In this document: one piece after another, positions 10,301 to 18,965 of the stretch
Layout: each line of letters starts with the position of its first letter
Position numbering within the stretch: position 1 is the first letter of the stretch
DNA from: an uncultured archaeon
GTDB lineage: Archaea; Asgardarchaeota; Thorarchaeia; Thorarchaeales; Thorarchaeaceae
Assembly (NCBI GenBank): GCA_964473825.1
Contig: CAYYQL010000001.1
Location: 128,001 to 192,000, forward strand
DNA length: 64,000 nucleotides
Reading direction: 5' to 3'
Notes under the pieces: model-generated
Databases searched by the model: none
What the model was told of the DNA's origin: nothing
The model's input: the letters and a program-made list of their open reading frames with translations, nothing else
Program-made: the position numbers and the translations under genes

Positions 10301-10882
10301 TTAGCTGTCCTCCGCGAGGACGGTTCTCACAACATTCGAGGCGGTTCTACCCACGGCAATCACAACCATCTGCACAAGGAATGCGAGCATGAATCCACCA
10401 AGAGATATTCCAAAACCGAATACACTCAAAGAGGTGGCCGCCATTGCTTCAAAGAAGTACTTCCATACCAACCAGTAACCATACATGCCCATTACGAGAA
10501 CAAGACCTACAGCAAGCCCGTAGATGAGCACGACTGTCTTGACGCGTGGTTTAGATAGATCCACTTGACCCACACCCTCCCAGAAAACTGTGCGGCCCAG
10601 CTTCCTGTTGACCCTGACAAAGAAACCAATTGTCCCCAAGAAGAAGAATAGCGTAATCATGGAGCCTAGTAGGAATAGGAAGATCAACACATCATCCTCT
10701 AGAAAGTCCAAGAAGCCCGAGTTACTTACTACGAAAGCGACACCCGAACCGAGCATCATGATGGCCGTGACAACCTCGACCATGAATGTGACTGTAGCTG
10801 TCCCCCTGAATAGCGAGCCGATGTCGAGAGTATCGTCTTCAGGTTCAGGTCTGTCTTCAGCTGATTCATTGATGTCTGGCAA
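10301..10882 (-). CDS. Four-TM hypothetical membrane protein
   Basis: Four hydrophobic helices. TTG start at 10882 preceded by GGAGTGA. The 5' extension of the called 411-aa ORF is antisense to ppa. Confidence 0.7.
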   Translation of the reverse strand: MPDINESAEDRPEPEDDTLDIGSLFRGTATVTFMVEVVTAIMMLGSGVAFVVSNSGFLDFLEDDVLIFLFLLGSMITLFFFLGTIGFFVRVNRKLGRTVFWEGVGQVDLSKPRVKTVVLIYGLAVGLVLVMGMYGYWLVWKYFFEAMAATSLSVFGFGISLGGFMLAFLVQMVVIAVGRTASNVVRTVLAEDS

Positions 10883-11017
10883 TATGTGAATCACTCCGTA
10901 GAATAGGGAATAACAGTCCGTAAAAAACCCTTGCTGAGGATACCTATTCCAGCAAGCGAATGCCAAGTGGCAAACCTCATTAGAAGGGACACTATCGAGA
11001 GCATTAGGCAGAGACTG

Positions 11018-11560
11018 ATGACGAACTACCTTCACGACATACCTCCTGGACCAGATCCTCCAAGTGAGATATACGTCATAATCGAGATGACCAGAGCTAG
11101 CAAGAACAAACTCGAGTACAATGTAGAGTACAACTGCTTTCATGTGGACAGAGTCCTTTATACCTTTGCGCCGTTCGATTATGGTTTCATGCCGCAGTCT
11201 CTTGACTGTGATGGAGACCCTCTGGATGTTGTCTTGCTGATTAAGGAACCAACGTTCACCTCCTGCCTTGTGCATGCCAGACCCATTGGAATGATGGAAA
11301 TGGAAGACGCTGGACGCATTGATGACAAAATCATTGCAGTACACGTCAACGACCCCTATTATCGTGAAGTGAACAGCATTCTTGACCTCCCCAAGAGTCA
11401 GATCAATGAAGTCGCGCAGTTCTACCGCTTCTATAAGGTCTACGAGGGTGTTCACACAGAGGTCAAGAAATTCAAGCAACTCAAAGATGCATATGTATCG
11501 ATCAACAGATGTATAGAAGACTACAAGAGACATCAACGCGGAGAGGACACATCGTGTTGA
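11018..11560 (+). CDS. ppa: Inorganic pyrophosphatase (family I)
   Basis: KNKLEY, DRVL, YGFMPQS, DGDPLD, DDKIIAV, FYK. Confidence 0.93.
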   Translation: MTNYLHDIPPGPDPPSEIYVIIEMTRASKNKLEYNVEYNCFHVDRVLYTFAPFDYGFMPQSLDCDGDPLDVVLLIKEPTFTSCLVHARPIGMMEMEDAGRIDDKIIAVHVNDPYYREVNSILDLPKSQINEVAQFYRFYKVYEGVHTEVKKFKQLKDAYVSINRCIEDYKRHQRGEDTSC

Positions 11561-11672
11561 GTTCAGCAGTCTTCTGAAGGACGTGGCAAGATACCAAACC
11601 TGTATTCTGGGTCAACCTTGTACGACCAAAAGTGTTTAGAAGAACTATCTGAGTCATTGAAAGGCCTAGGCG

Positions 11673-12341
11673 ATGAACATGAAAGAGCCAATCCCGTGCA
11701 CTGCAGTCATCCTTGACTTTGACGGAACGCTAGCAGACAGCATGCCCTTTTTGGAGAGAATTGGTGTCAGAACCATGATGAAGTACTACGACATCACCAG
11801 CGAAGAAGCCACCAAGAGATACAGGACTACAACAGGATTACCATTCGAACAGCAGATACAAATCAACTTCCCTGACAGAACTGAGAATGAGCGTGCTATC
11901 GATGAGTTTGAGAAACTTAAGATAGACTGCATCTATGACCAGAGACTCTTCCCTGACACGGTCAGGACGCTCGCCACGCTTAACGACAGGGGTTTTTCAG
12001 TCTTCGTTTCCTCGTCGACTTTTCAGTCAACGATTGAGAAGTATTTCGACAGAAGGAACCTAAAGAACTTCTTCGATGAGATATTGGGATACAGGCCCGG
12101 GTTCGAAAAGGGTAAAGACCATTTCAAGTATGTGCAAGACCACCACAACATCAAGATGTCAAGCATTGTCTTTGCTGGAGATTCTATCAAGGACTATGAG
12201 AGAGCAGAGGGATACTGCTCCTTCGTGGCGGTTGCCGGGATGTTTTCTGAGGATGATTTCAGACAGGCGGGACATAACGGGCCCGTAATTGAAGAACTAT
12301 CTGAGCTGCTTGATGTAATCAGACTTCGAGAAGAGAACTAG
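11673..12341 (+). CDS. HAD-family hydrolase/phosphatase
   Basis: DFDGTLADS, VSS, K, GDSIKD. Confidence 0.88.
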   Translation: MNMKEPIPCTAVILDFDGTLADSMPFLERIGVRTMMKYYDITSEEATKRYRTTTGLPFEQQIQINFPDRTENERAIDEFEKLKIDCIYDQRLFPDTVRTLATLNDRGFSVFVSSSTFQSTIEKYFDRRNLKNFFDEILGYRPGFEKGKDHFKYVQDHHNIKMSSIVFAGDSIKDYERAEGYCSFVAVAGMFSEDDFRQAGHNGPVIEELSELLDVIRLREEN

Positions 12342-12526
12342 CTCGCCCGTCTGATACACACTCAGGACACCGGAATACTTCATTTCCAGAATAGAATTCT
12401 AAGTGGTCGGTTGTGTAAATTGGCCTAGTCCGTTCTCGGAGATTCCATCGCTTGAATTCGAGGAGCAACCTATCGCGATATCGAGATGGAGCTCCAGACG
12501 ATTGATGCAATCTGGTTCGATTCAGA

Positions 12527-13483
12527 CTAATGGGAAGCAGTGGCAGTTTCTGCCTCTTCGCGTGCCTTGAGGCGGTTCATCTTCTCTAACACACGGCGTA
12601 TATGATCAGTCATGTGACTCGGAACCGTCACTCGATAATCGGAAGGCAAGTCTTCTAAGACATGAAGAATCTTCTCAAGAGTAATCCTCTTCATAGTCCT
12701 ACATACTGCAGTCGGCTTTGCAGCCATGATTATCTTGTCAGGATGATCAGCCTGAAGCTGCTCTACTAAGCCTAACTCAGTGGCTATGATGAACTTTCGG
12801 GCTGAAGACTCAGCAACAACCTGAACCATTTTCCCCGTCGAACCAACAATATCCGATACGTCTTGAACCTCCGGAGGACATTCCGGATGGGCAATAGCAA
12901 TAGCATCAGGATGCTCGTCCTTCAGTCGAGTGATATCGTCTGGCACGAATTGGAGGTGAACATAGCAGCTCCCGCGAGGTTCTATGTCTACAATTTCACA
13001 GTCAGTCTGCCTCCGAACATACTCAGCTAGATTCCTGTCTGGACCGAAGAGAACCTGTGAAGCACCAAGAGATTCGATGACCTCGACGGCATTGCTGGAA
13101 GTGCATATGACGTCACATTCGGCCTTGGTCTCTGCAGTCGTGTTGACATAGACTACTACTGGAGCATCAGGATACTCTCTCCGTCGTGAACGAATCTTCT
13201 CAGGATGGATCCAAGCAGCCAAGGGGCAAAGAGCATCTGAATCCGGGATGTAGACCGGGATGTCCGTCAAGACAGCCGACATTTCTGCCATAAATCGTAC
13301 CCCTGCAAAGATGACCATATCAAAGCCCTCAATCTCTGATGATTTCCTAGCGAGCTGCAGTGAATCACCAACGAAATCTGCTATCTGTTGCACTTCAAGC
13401 GTTTGATAATTGTGAGCTAGGATGAGTGCATTACGCTTTGCTTTCATTTCGACAATGCGTTTCTGAAGTTCGTTGAGTTTCAT
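12527..13483 (-). CDS. nadA: Quinolinate synthase
   Basis: LAHNYQ, GDSLQL, GVRFMAE, YVNT, CTSSNA, CYVH, HPEC, three cluster Cys. Confidence 0.95.
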   Translation of the reverse strand: MKLNELQKRIVEMKAKRNALILAHNYQTLEVQQIADFVGDSLQLARKSSEIEGFDMVIFAGVRFMAEMSAVLTDIPVYIPDSDALCPLAAWIHPEKIRSRRREYPDAPVVVYVNTTAETKAECDVICTSSNAVEVIESLGASQVLFGPDRNLAEYVRRQTDCEIVDIEPRGSCYVHLQFVPDDITRLKDEHPDAIAIAHPECPPEVQDVSDIVGSTGKMVQVVAESSARKFIIATELGLVEQLQADHPDKIIMAAKPTAVCRTMKRITLEKILHVLEDLPSDYRVTVPSHMTDHIRRVLEKMNRLKAREEAETATASH

Positions 13484-13542
13484 CCTTGGTCAAATCCGTC
13501 ATAATTAAGCATCAAAGGGGGTATTTTAACAAAATCTCAACC

Positions 13543-13584
13543 GGCAATAATTGACCCATCAATGAAGCCTCGGCAATAATTGCC
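13543..13584. promoter_or_regulatory. Paired palindromic operators GGCAATAATTG(A/C)C in the nadA/nadK divergent intergenic region
   Basis: GGCAATAATTGAC at 13543-13555 and GGCAATAATTGCC at 13572-13584 (GGCAAT-A-ATTGCC inverted repeat). Confidence 0.6.
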
Positions 13585-13680
13585 CAAGAGTGTGAGTGTA
13601 ATCACTCTTACAATTTGGCACTCAATTTAAGAGGGTAAACTCAAACGTCAAGACACGGCCCCGTCTGGGAGGAATGAAAC

Positions 13681-14742
13681 ACGAAGATTGGTTTGATTTC
13701 CGGGAATGAGTCAAGCATGATTCAGGACGCCAAGTCAGTCCTGTACCTGTTGAATCAGGAGGGGGCCGACGTCATTCTGGAATATGCGCTGGCAGAAGCC
13801 TTAGGTTCGTCGGGTACACAGCTTGATGAGATAGATGCGGATATCCTGGCTATCGTTGGCTCTGACCGAACAGTCCTTAACACGCTACTGAAGATGGGCG
13901 ACTCCCCAATCCCGATTCTGCCCATTTCTTCGCGAGGGCAGCCAGACTTCTTCTTTGACGTTACAACAGGCAATTTCGAACTTGCCGTCGAAGACTTGAT
14001 TGCTGGCGAGTGGACTGAAGATCATCGTTCTCGGCTTTCAATCACTGTTGGCGATAGGGTATTTCCATCCGTACTCAATGAGGTGGCCATCTTCGCGAAA
14101 CGTAATGCTACACTGATTAGGTATTCACTGAATCTCGATGGAGAGGAATTCTGGAAAGACGGTAGTGACGGCCTTATCATAGCCACTCCTACCGGGAGTA
14201 CAGCCTACTCCTTGAGTACAGGTGGTCCCATAGTGCTATCTCCTGCCTCTGTTCTCTCTGTGATACCGGTGAACAGCACAAATCCAGCAAGAAGACCACT
14301 TATTGTATCAGACAATGTAGTAGTCGAGATTCGCAACCTGACCAGCCCGGTCATGGTAGAGGCTATACTAGATGGGCAGCTGAGGCATAACGTGAACTCT
14401 GGCCCGATCATTGCTAGAAGAGCAGATAGCGATGCAATATTCGTGAAACTTACTGAAGAGAGAATTGCCGCTCTACGCGGCAAGCTGCAAAAGAAAACAG
14501 ACATCCTTGAGGATCTTGCTCAAGATCTACCTCCCAGTGCGAAGCTCGTACTCAAAGTGCTGGAATACCATGAAAAACTGACAGCCAGACAGATTACAGA
14601 GGAAACCATGCTATCTGCGAGAACAGTAAGACATGCTCTCTCCATCCTGATGGCTGAAGGACTGGTCAAGAAGCACCTGTCACTCCGCGACAGCAGACGA
14701 GGACTATTTATGGCTGTCAAGCCAATCGAGCGCCAATCCTAG
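13681..14742 (+). CDS. NAD-kinase-family protein fused to a C-terminal winged HTH
   Basis: LNEV, DGLIIATPTGSTAYSLSTGGP, LDG; C-terminal LPPSAKLVLKVL...RTVRHALSIL...G wHTH. GGDGT is altered to GSDRT. Start uncertain (ACG 13681 or TTG 13693). Confidence 0.85.
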   Translation, partial: TKIGLISGNESSMIQDAKSVLYLLNQEGADVILEYALAEALGSSGTQLDEIDADILAIVGSDRTVLNTLLKMGDSPIPILPISSRGQPDFFFDVTTGNFELAVEDLIAGEWTEDHRSRLSITVGDRVFPSVLNEVAIFAKRNATLIRYSLNLDGEEFWKDGSDGLIIATPTGSTAYSLSTGGPIVLSPASVLSVIPVNSTNPARRPLIVSDNVVVEIRNLTSPVMVEAILDGQLRHNVNSGPIIARRADSDAIFVKLTEERIAALRGKLQKKTDILEDLAQDLPPSAKLVLKVLEYHEKLTARQITEETMLSARTVRHALSILMAEGLVKKHLSLRDSRRGLFMAVKPIERQS

Positions 14743-14755
14743 TAGATGATAAACC

Positions 14756-16891
14756 ATGACACTAATAGAACAACTCCGGGAAGATGCCTCCACAAAAGTG
14801 ATTCAGGATTTCTTCTCCCGGGTCTCGGCACATTCTTCATCCGAAGGAGGATCTGCTGTTTCAGACTTGGAGGGGCCATTGAAACGAAGCATGGAAATTG
14901 CAGTCTTACAGGCCAGAGAAGCCATCGATCAGGATATCGAGGGATTAGAACATGGTGAGAAGGTGAGAGAAACCTTACGCAAAATCTTTCTGAGCGAGGT
15001 AGACGGATTATCGTTGCAGGAATATCTCGATGCACTGGCAATGTGTTGCTATGGTTATATCTTCGGAAATTTCGATGAGGAAGACCTTCGATATGTATAC
15101 CGATACTCTCTCGGGAAGCTCCCTCATCAAGGCGTAGATACGCTTCTGAAGAGGGCCCTTCTTCTCATCGAAATCGCATCTGGAAAGGACGCGAGGCAGG
15201 CAATGACTTGTCTAAGAGAATGGATTGCGTTCTTGGGATCTCCCTACTGTATGCCGGAGGATTTCAAAGAACCTGCCACAGAACTTGGCTTGAATCTGGG
15301 AACAGCCCTGGAATCTGATGACTTCAGACTCACAGATTCCATCCGCAGATATCCGGAGTACTTGGAGGAGGCTCTGCGGGGCAAGGAATACTTGGATGTC
15401 TATAAGGCAACTCGAAGCTGGCTGCCTGACGTGCTGTCATCTAGGATTCTAGGTATATTCCGAAAGAGAGTCAATCAAGAAGCACAAGAGAAGATTGGCC
15501 CAGACACAGGTGTTTCAGAGGCATATGCTGTCATTCAGAGAGTCTATAAGAAGAGGGAATTCATGAGTGCTGAAGGTAGAGTACTGCCCATCCGCCTGCA
15601 AGATCTTGATTCGCCACCTCCTCCTGAAGCAGTTGAACCCGTCCTCTTTGAGATGATTCCACAGAAACTGCGAGTAGAACTGATGTCGTCAATTGCGTAT
15701 TCTAGAAAGACCAAGCAAGTAGAGATAATATTCCTTGGTGGGCCAGAAATTGGCAGAAGTGGCATCTTGGTGAGGACCGATACCAGTGCCATCCTCCTTG
15801 ATTACGGCCTTTCAGTTGCTAACCAGAGAATCCCTGAATGGGTTCCTGAACTTGAGATGATCGACTCTGTGCTTATCACACACTCACATCTTGATCACGT
15901 TGGAGGACTTCCTGCACTCTATGAGCACTATTCGGGGAAGTGGTGTGCAAGCGGGGTCACAGGGGCAGTCTCGATGACTCTTCTTGAGGATGCCCTCAAG
16001 GTAGGGACTCCACTTCCGCCAAGACGCAATGATAAGTATGACATGGTCTCGTGGTTCAATCGGACGAACATAGACAAAGTCAAGAGAAACTACGTACAAC
16101 TAGAAACGGGGACAGCAAGCGAATTAGCAGGAGGGATTGTTGTCACCCCGATTGAGGCAAGACACATTCCCGGAAGCTTGGCTTTCATCGTGGATGTGGA
16201 GGGAACCAGAATTCTCTACACAGGCGACTTCAATCTTGACAAATCCGTTCTCTTCCACGGGGCTACACTACCTACAGACTGTGATTTGACCATCTTTGAT
16301 GGCACATATTGGGAAAGGGAGGATTTCGACAGAAGACAGGTATCTGACCAGGTCTCGCAGACCATAGCCAGACACGGTCCAGTCATTATTCCAACCTTCG
16401 CCGTTGGCAGGTCACAGGAAGTCCTTGTCATGCTGGACGAACTCGGGATAACCTCATCGAGAAACGTGATTGTGGCCGGCATGGCAGAGCGAGTGACCAA
16501 GCTGACAGGGTACGATGGCGACTGGACAGGCATGAAAAAGAACAAAGTCGTTCTCGAAGATGACGACATTCTGGTGGCTGGAGGCGGAATGCTCGACGGC
16601 GGCTTTGCCAAAATGCACTATAATGAGCATCGACATAACCCAGATGCAGCTGTTATCTTGTGTGGGTACCTTGCACCACGCACAACTGGATGGAATCTCT
16701 TGCATGGACACGAAGATCACAAGTGTGCTGTTGAATATGCAAGGCTTAGTGCCCACTCATCAGCCTCAAGGCTTACAGAGTTCGTTGCTTCTTGCACGGG
16801 CAAGAAGGCCATGGTTCATACTCCAATCAAGAAGACCGGTGGCGATATCCTACTACCCCAATATAGGGAGAGGATCGTGCTTGACGTCTAG
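14756..16891 (+). CDS. beta-CASP MBL-fold ribonuclease-like protein with a ~320-aa N-terminal helical extension
   Basis: FLGG..EIGRS, LLDYG, THSHLDH, HIPGS, YTGDF, DGTY, FAVGRSQE, LSAHS. Confidence 0.85.
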   Translation: MTLIEQLREDASTKVIQDFFSRVSAHSSSEGGSAVSDLEGPLKRSMEIAVLQAREAIDQDIEGLEHGEKVRETLRKIFLSEVDGLSLQEYLDALAMCCYGYIFGNFDEEDLRYVYRYSLGKLPHQGVDTLLKRALLLIEIASGKDARQAMTCLREWIAFLGSPYCMPEDFKEPATELGLNLGTALESDDFRLTDSIRRYPEYLEEALRGKEYLDVYKATRSWLPDVLSSRILGIFRKRVNQEAQEKIGPDTGVSEAYAVIQRVYKKREFMSAEGRVLPIRLQDLDSPPPPEAVEPVLFEMIPQKLRVELMSSIAYSRKTKQVEIIFLGGPEIGRSGILVRTDTSAILLDYGLSVANQRIPEWVPELEMIDSVLITHSHLDHVGGLPALYEHYSGKWCASGVTGAVSMTLLEDALKVGTPLPPRRNDKYDMVSWFNRTNIDKVKRNYVQLETGTASELAGGIVVTPIEARHIPGSLAFIVDVEGTRILYTGDFNLDKSVLFHGATLPTDCDLTIFDGTYWEREDFDRRQVSDQVSQTIARHGPVIIPTFAVGRSQEVLVMLDELGITSSRNVIVAGMAERVTKLTGYDGDWTGMKKNKVVLEDDDILVAGGGMLDGGFAKMHYNEHRHNPDAAVILCGYLAPRTTGWNLLHGHEDHKCAVEYARLSAHSSASRLTEFVASCTGKKAMVHTPIKKTGGDILLPQYRERIVLDV

Positions 16892-16894
16892 CTT

Positions 16895-18868
16895 CTAAGC
16901 CACAATCTCAAGAACGCCAGAAAGCACAAGCTTGGTCGCGACGAACTTCATAGCGTTGTAGCTTACACCGACCTTCTTCACGACATCTTCCAGAGGTGTT
17001 TCGCCATCACAGTAATCCACGAATTTGACTACTGCAGTGCCATAAGCCTTGACTGTGTTAGGATCAGGATTCTTAACTTTCCTAGGAATGCTCTGTGGCC
17101 CGAGATCAACTTGGAAGCTGATCCATCCAAAGTGCTCCATGATCTGCAGCGCTCCAGTGACGTTCTCCCGGGGAAGGTCTAGGCTCCTAATCAAGCCTCC
17201 AATAGTTTCGGTTCCTTCTATTGCACTCTTGACCTCCACAATAGAACGTCCCACCTCTCTACTGTCGAATGATAGGGGACGACCAGCCTCACGGGCGCGG
17301 ACTACATAGTCGAAGCTAATGGGGCTCATTGGTATCTTCTGTAGAAGTGAAAAGACGGTGGGTTCAAAGATGGTCACATCGCCATCCCAGGTCTCCCAAG
17401 TTCCTTGATACGCTTCTTCGAACTCGAAGAGCAGAGAGGACATAATCTTTCGATACTTCTCCTCTTCACTGTCATTGGTGACTGTCACACCTAACAAGAA
17501 ATGGTCAGACTTCTCGACCATGACCAGGTTTCCTTCGTGCTCGATTCTCTTCAGGGCGTCGCTCTTATCGGCTATACCGCTGGGATCACCGTCGATTCCG
17601 CCGAAGGAATCAAGAGCTGAGATCAGAGATGTGATTGCGGTGGCGTCCACTTCCTCGTTGGCGTAGTTGAGCTCGTAGCAGGTATGGAACGTCCCGCCGT
17701 CTTGAACGATCATAATCACATGGAGAACCCGCGCCTGCTCAGCAATCTTGTCAGGAATCTCAACAACCGTATCAGATTCGGACTCGATATTGACGGGGTA
17801 GTCGATTGCCGAGTCCCCACTTACTCCGCCCGCTCTCAAGTCACCCGAGGGTGCGCTCTCTCCAGTATTCTGAGCTTCGACCCACTCCCCTGTCTCACCA
17901 GATGTGGCACCTGTAGCACTCCGAATATCACCAGGTCGTGGAGGTAACTCAGCCTCCTTGTCCTTTCTGTGAACAGTGATCATCTCACTCAGAGGCCTGT
18001 CGGGCAACTCAACTCCCACTGTCTTTGTAGCCACTTCCAGCATCAATCGAATGAATTCGTCCCTCCGAGTCTTGTCCGTTGCAACCATTGGGAACGTAGG
18101 AGCACCCAAGAGCCGCTGAATCTTCTCAGCTCGCATGGACTCTGGGAGGTCCTGCTTGTTTGCAATGATAAAGAGGGGAACCGCAGGAGCTTCCTTCCGA
18201 ATGGTTCGTAGCAGGCTCTTGGTCTGCATCACATTCCGGAAACTGCTGTCCGTAATCAGAAAGATGACGTCTGTTCCTGAGAAGTAGAAGGCCCAAAGAT
18301 CTTGAAATACCGCCTGCCCGGCGAAGTCCCATAAAGTTACCAGAAAAGTGCCGAATTGTATCGTTTCTGAGGAGTCTACGGCCACGTTGATGGTGGGAAC
18401 ATAGCCGCCAGGTGCTGGTTCCTTACCAAACAATAGTCTGAGCAATGTGCTCTTCCCAACACCACCGGAGCCAACAAAAGATACCTTGAACCTTGTGAAG
18501 ACCAGCTCATCTAGAATATCATCCAGATTGTCTTTCACATACCCTATGCTGTTGCCTCTCAGTGCAGTAGATATCCGGGCAGCCCCTTCTCGGGCCTTTC
18601 GGATAATTGTTCGATCCTCATCTCTGCCATCGGTAACAAGCATGAGCTGAATATCATCATCAACAAGAGAGTGGAATACCTTATGCTCACCGACATAGAC
18701 TGGCGTGTCTGGAGAGAGACCCTCAGTGTCCATGAGGTCCGAATACCCACTCATGAAATCATGTATATCATCATCAGTGAATTCTATCTTCCAGAATCTG
18801 ACCCTAGTGACGACCTCTCCAGTCGCCTTCTCGATGAGTATAACGTTGTGAATCAGATTGCAGCACAC
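16895..18868 (-). CDS. Longin - Arf-like small GTPase - longin - tandem wHTH multidomain protein
   Basis: G1 GSGGVGKS, G2 PTI, G3 WDFAGQ, G4 NKQD; longin-type beta-beta-alpha-beta-beta-beta-alpha patterns at both ends; two DG-x-T wHTH repeats. Confidence 0.85.
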   Translation of the reverse strand: MCCNLIHNVILIEKATGEVVTRVRFWKIEFTDDDIHDFMSGYSDLMDTEGLSPDTPVYVGEHKVFHSLVDDDIQLMLVTDGRDEDRTIIRKAREGAARISTALRGNSIGYVKDNLDDILDELVFTRFKVSFVGSGGVGKSTLLRLLFGKEPAPGGYVPTINVAVDSSETIQFGTFLVTLWDFAGQAVFQDLWAFYFSGTDVIFLITDSSFRNVMQTKSLLRTIRKEAPAVPLFIIANKQDLPESMRAEKIQRLLGAPTFPMVATDKTRRDEFIRLMLEVATKTVGVELPDRPLSEMITVHRKDKEAELPPRPGDIRSATGATSGETGEWVEAQNTGESAPSGDLRAGGVSGDSAIDYPVNIESESDTVVEIPDKIAEQARVLHVIMIVQDGGTFHTCYELNYANEEVDATAITSLISALDSFGGIDGDPSGIADKSDALKRIEHEGNLVMVEKSDHFLLGVTVTNDSEEEKYRKIMSSLLFEFEEAYQGTWETWDGDVTIFEPTVFSLLQKIPMSPISFDYVVRAREAGRPLSFDSREVGRSIVEVKSAIEGTETIGGLIRSLDLPRENVTGALQIMEHFGWISFQVDLGPQSIPRKVKNPDPNTVKAYGTAVVKFVDYCDGETPLEDVVKKVGVSYNAMKFVATKLVLSGVLEIVA

Positions 18869-18965
18869 TCCAGCAGAGCCCGTTTGTTTTATGTGAGATG
18901 ATGTTTTCCTTCAGGACGTGTAGTTAAATCAACCTCTATGAACCTTTGGTGGGGATACTGAGAGT

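Noticed and set aside
10883-11536. 5' half of the 411-aa minus-strand ORF
   Set aside because: Antisense shadow of ppa; the real gene likely starts at TTG 10882
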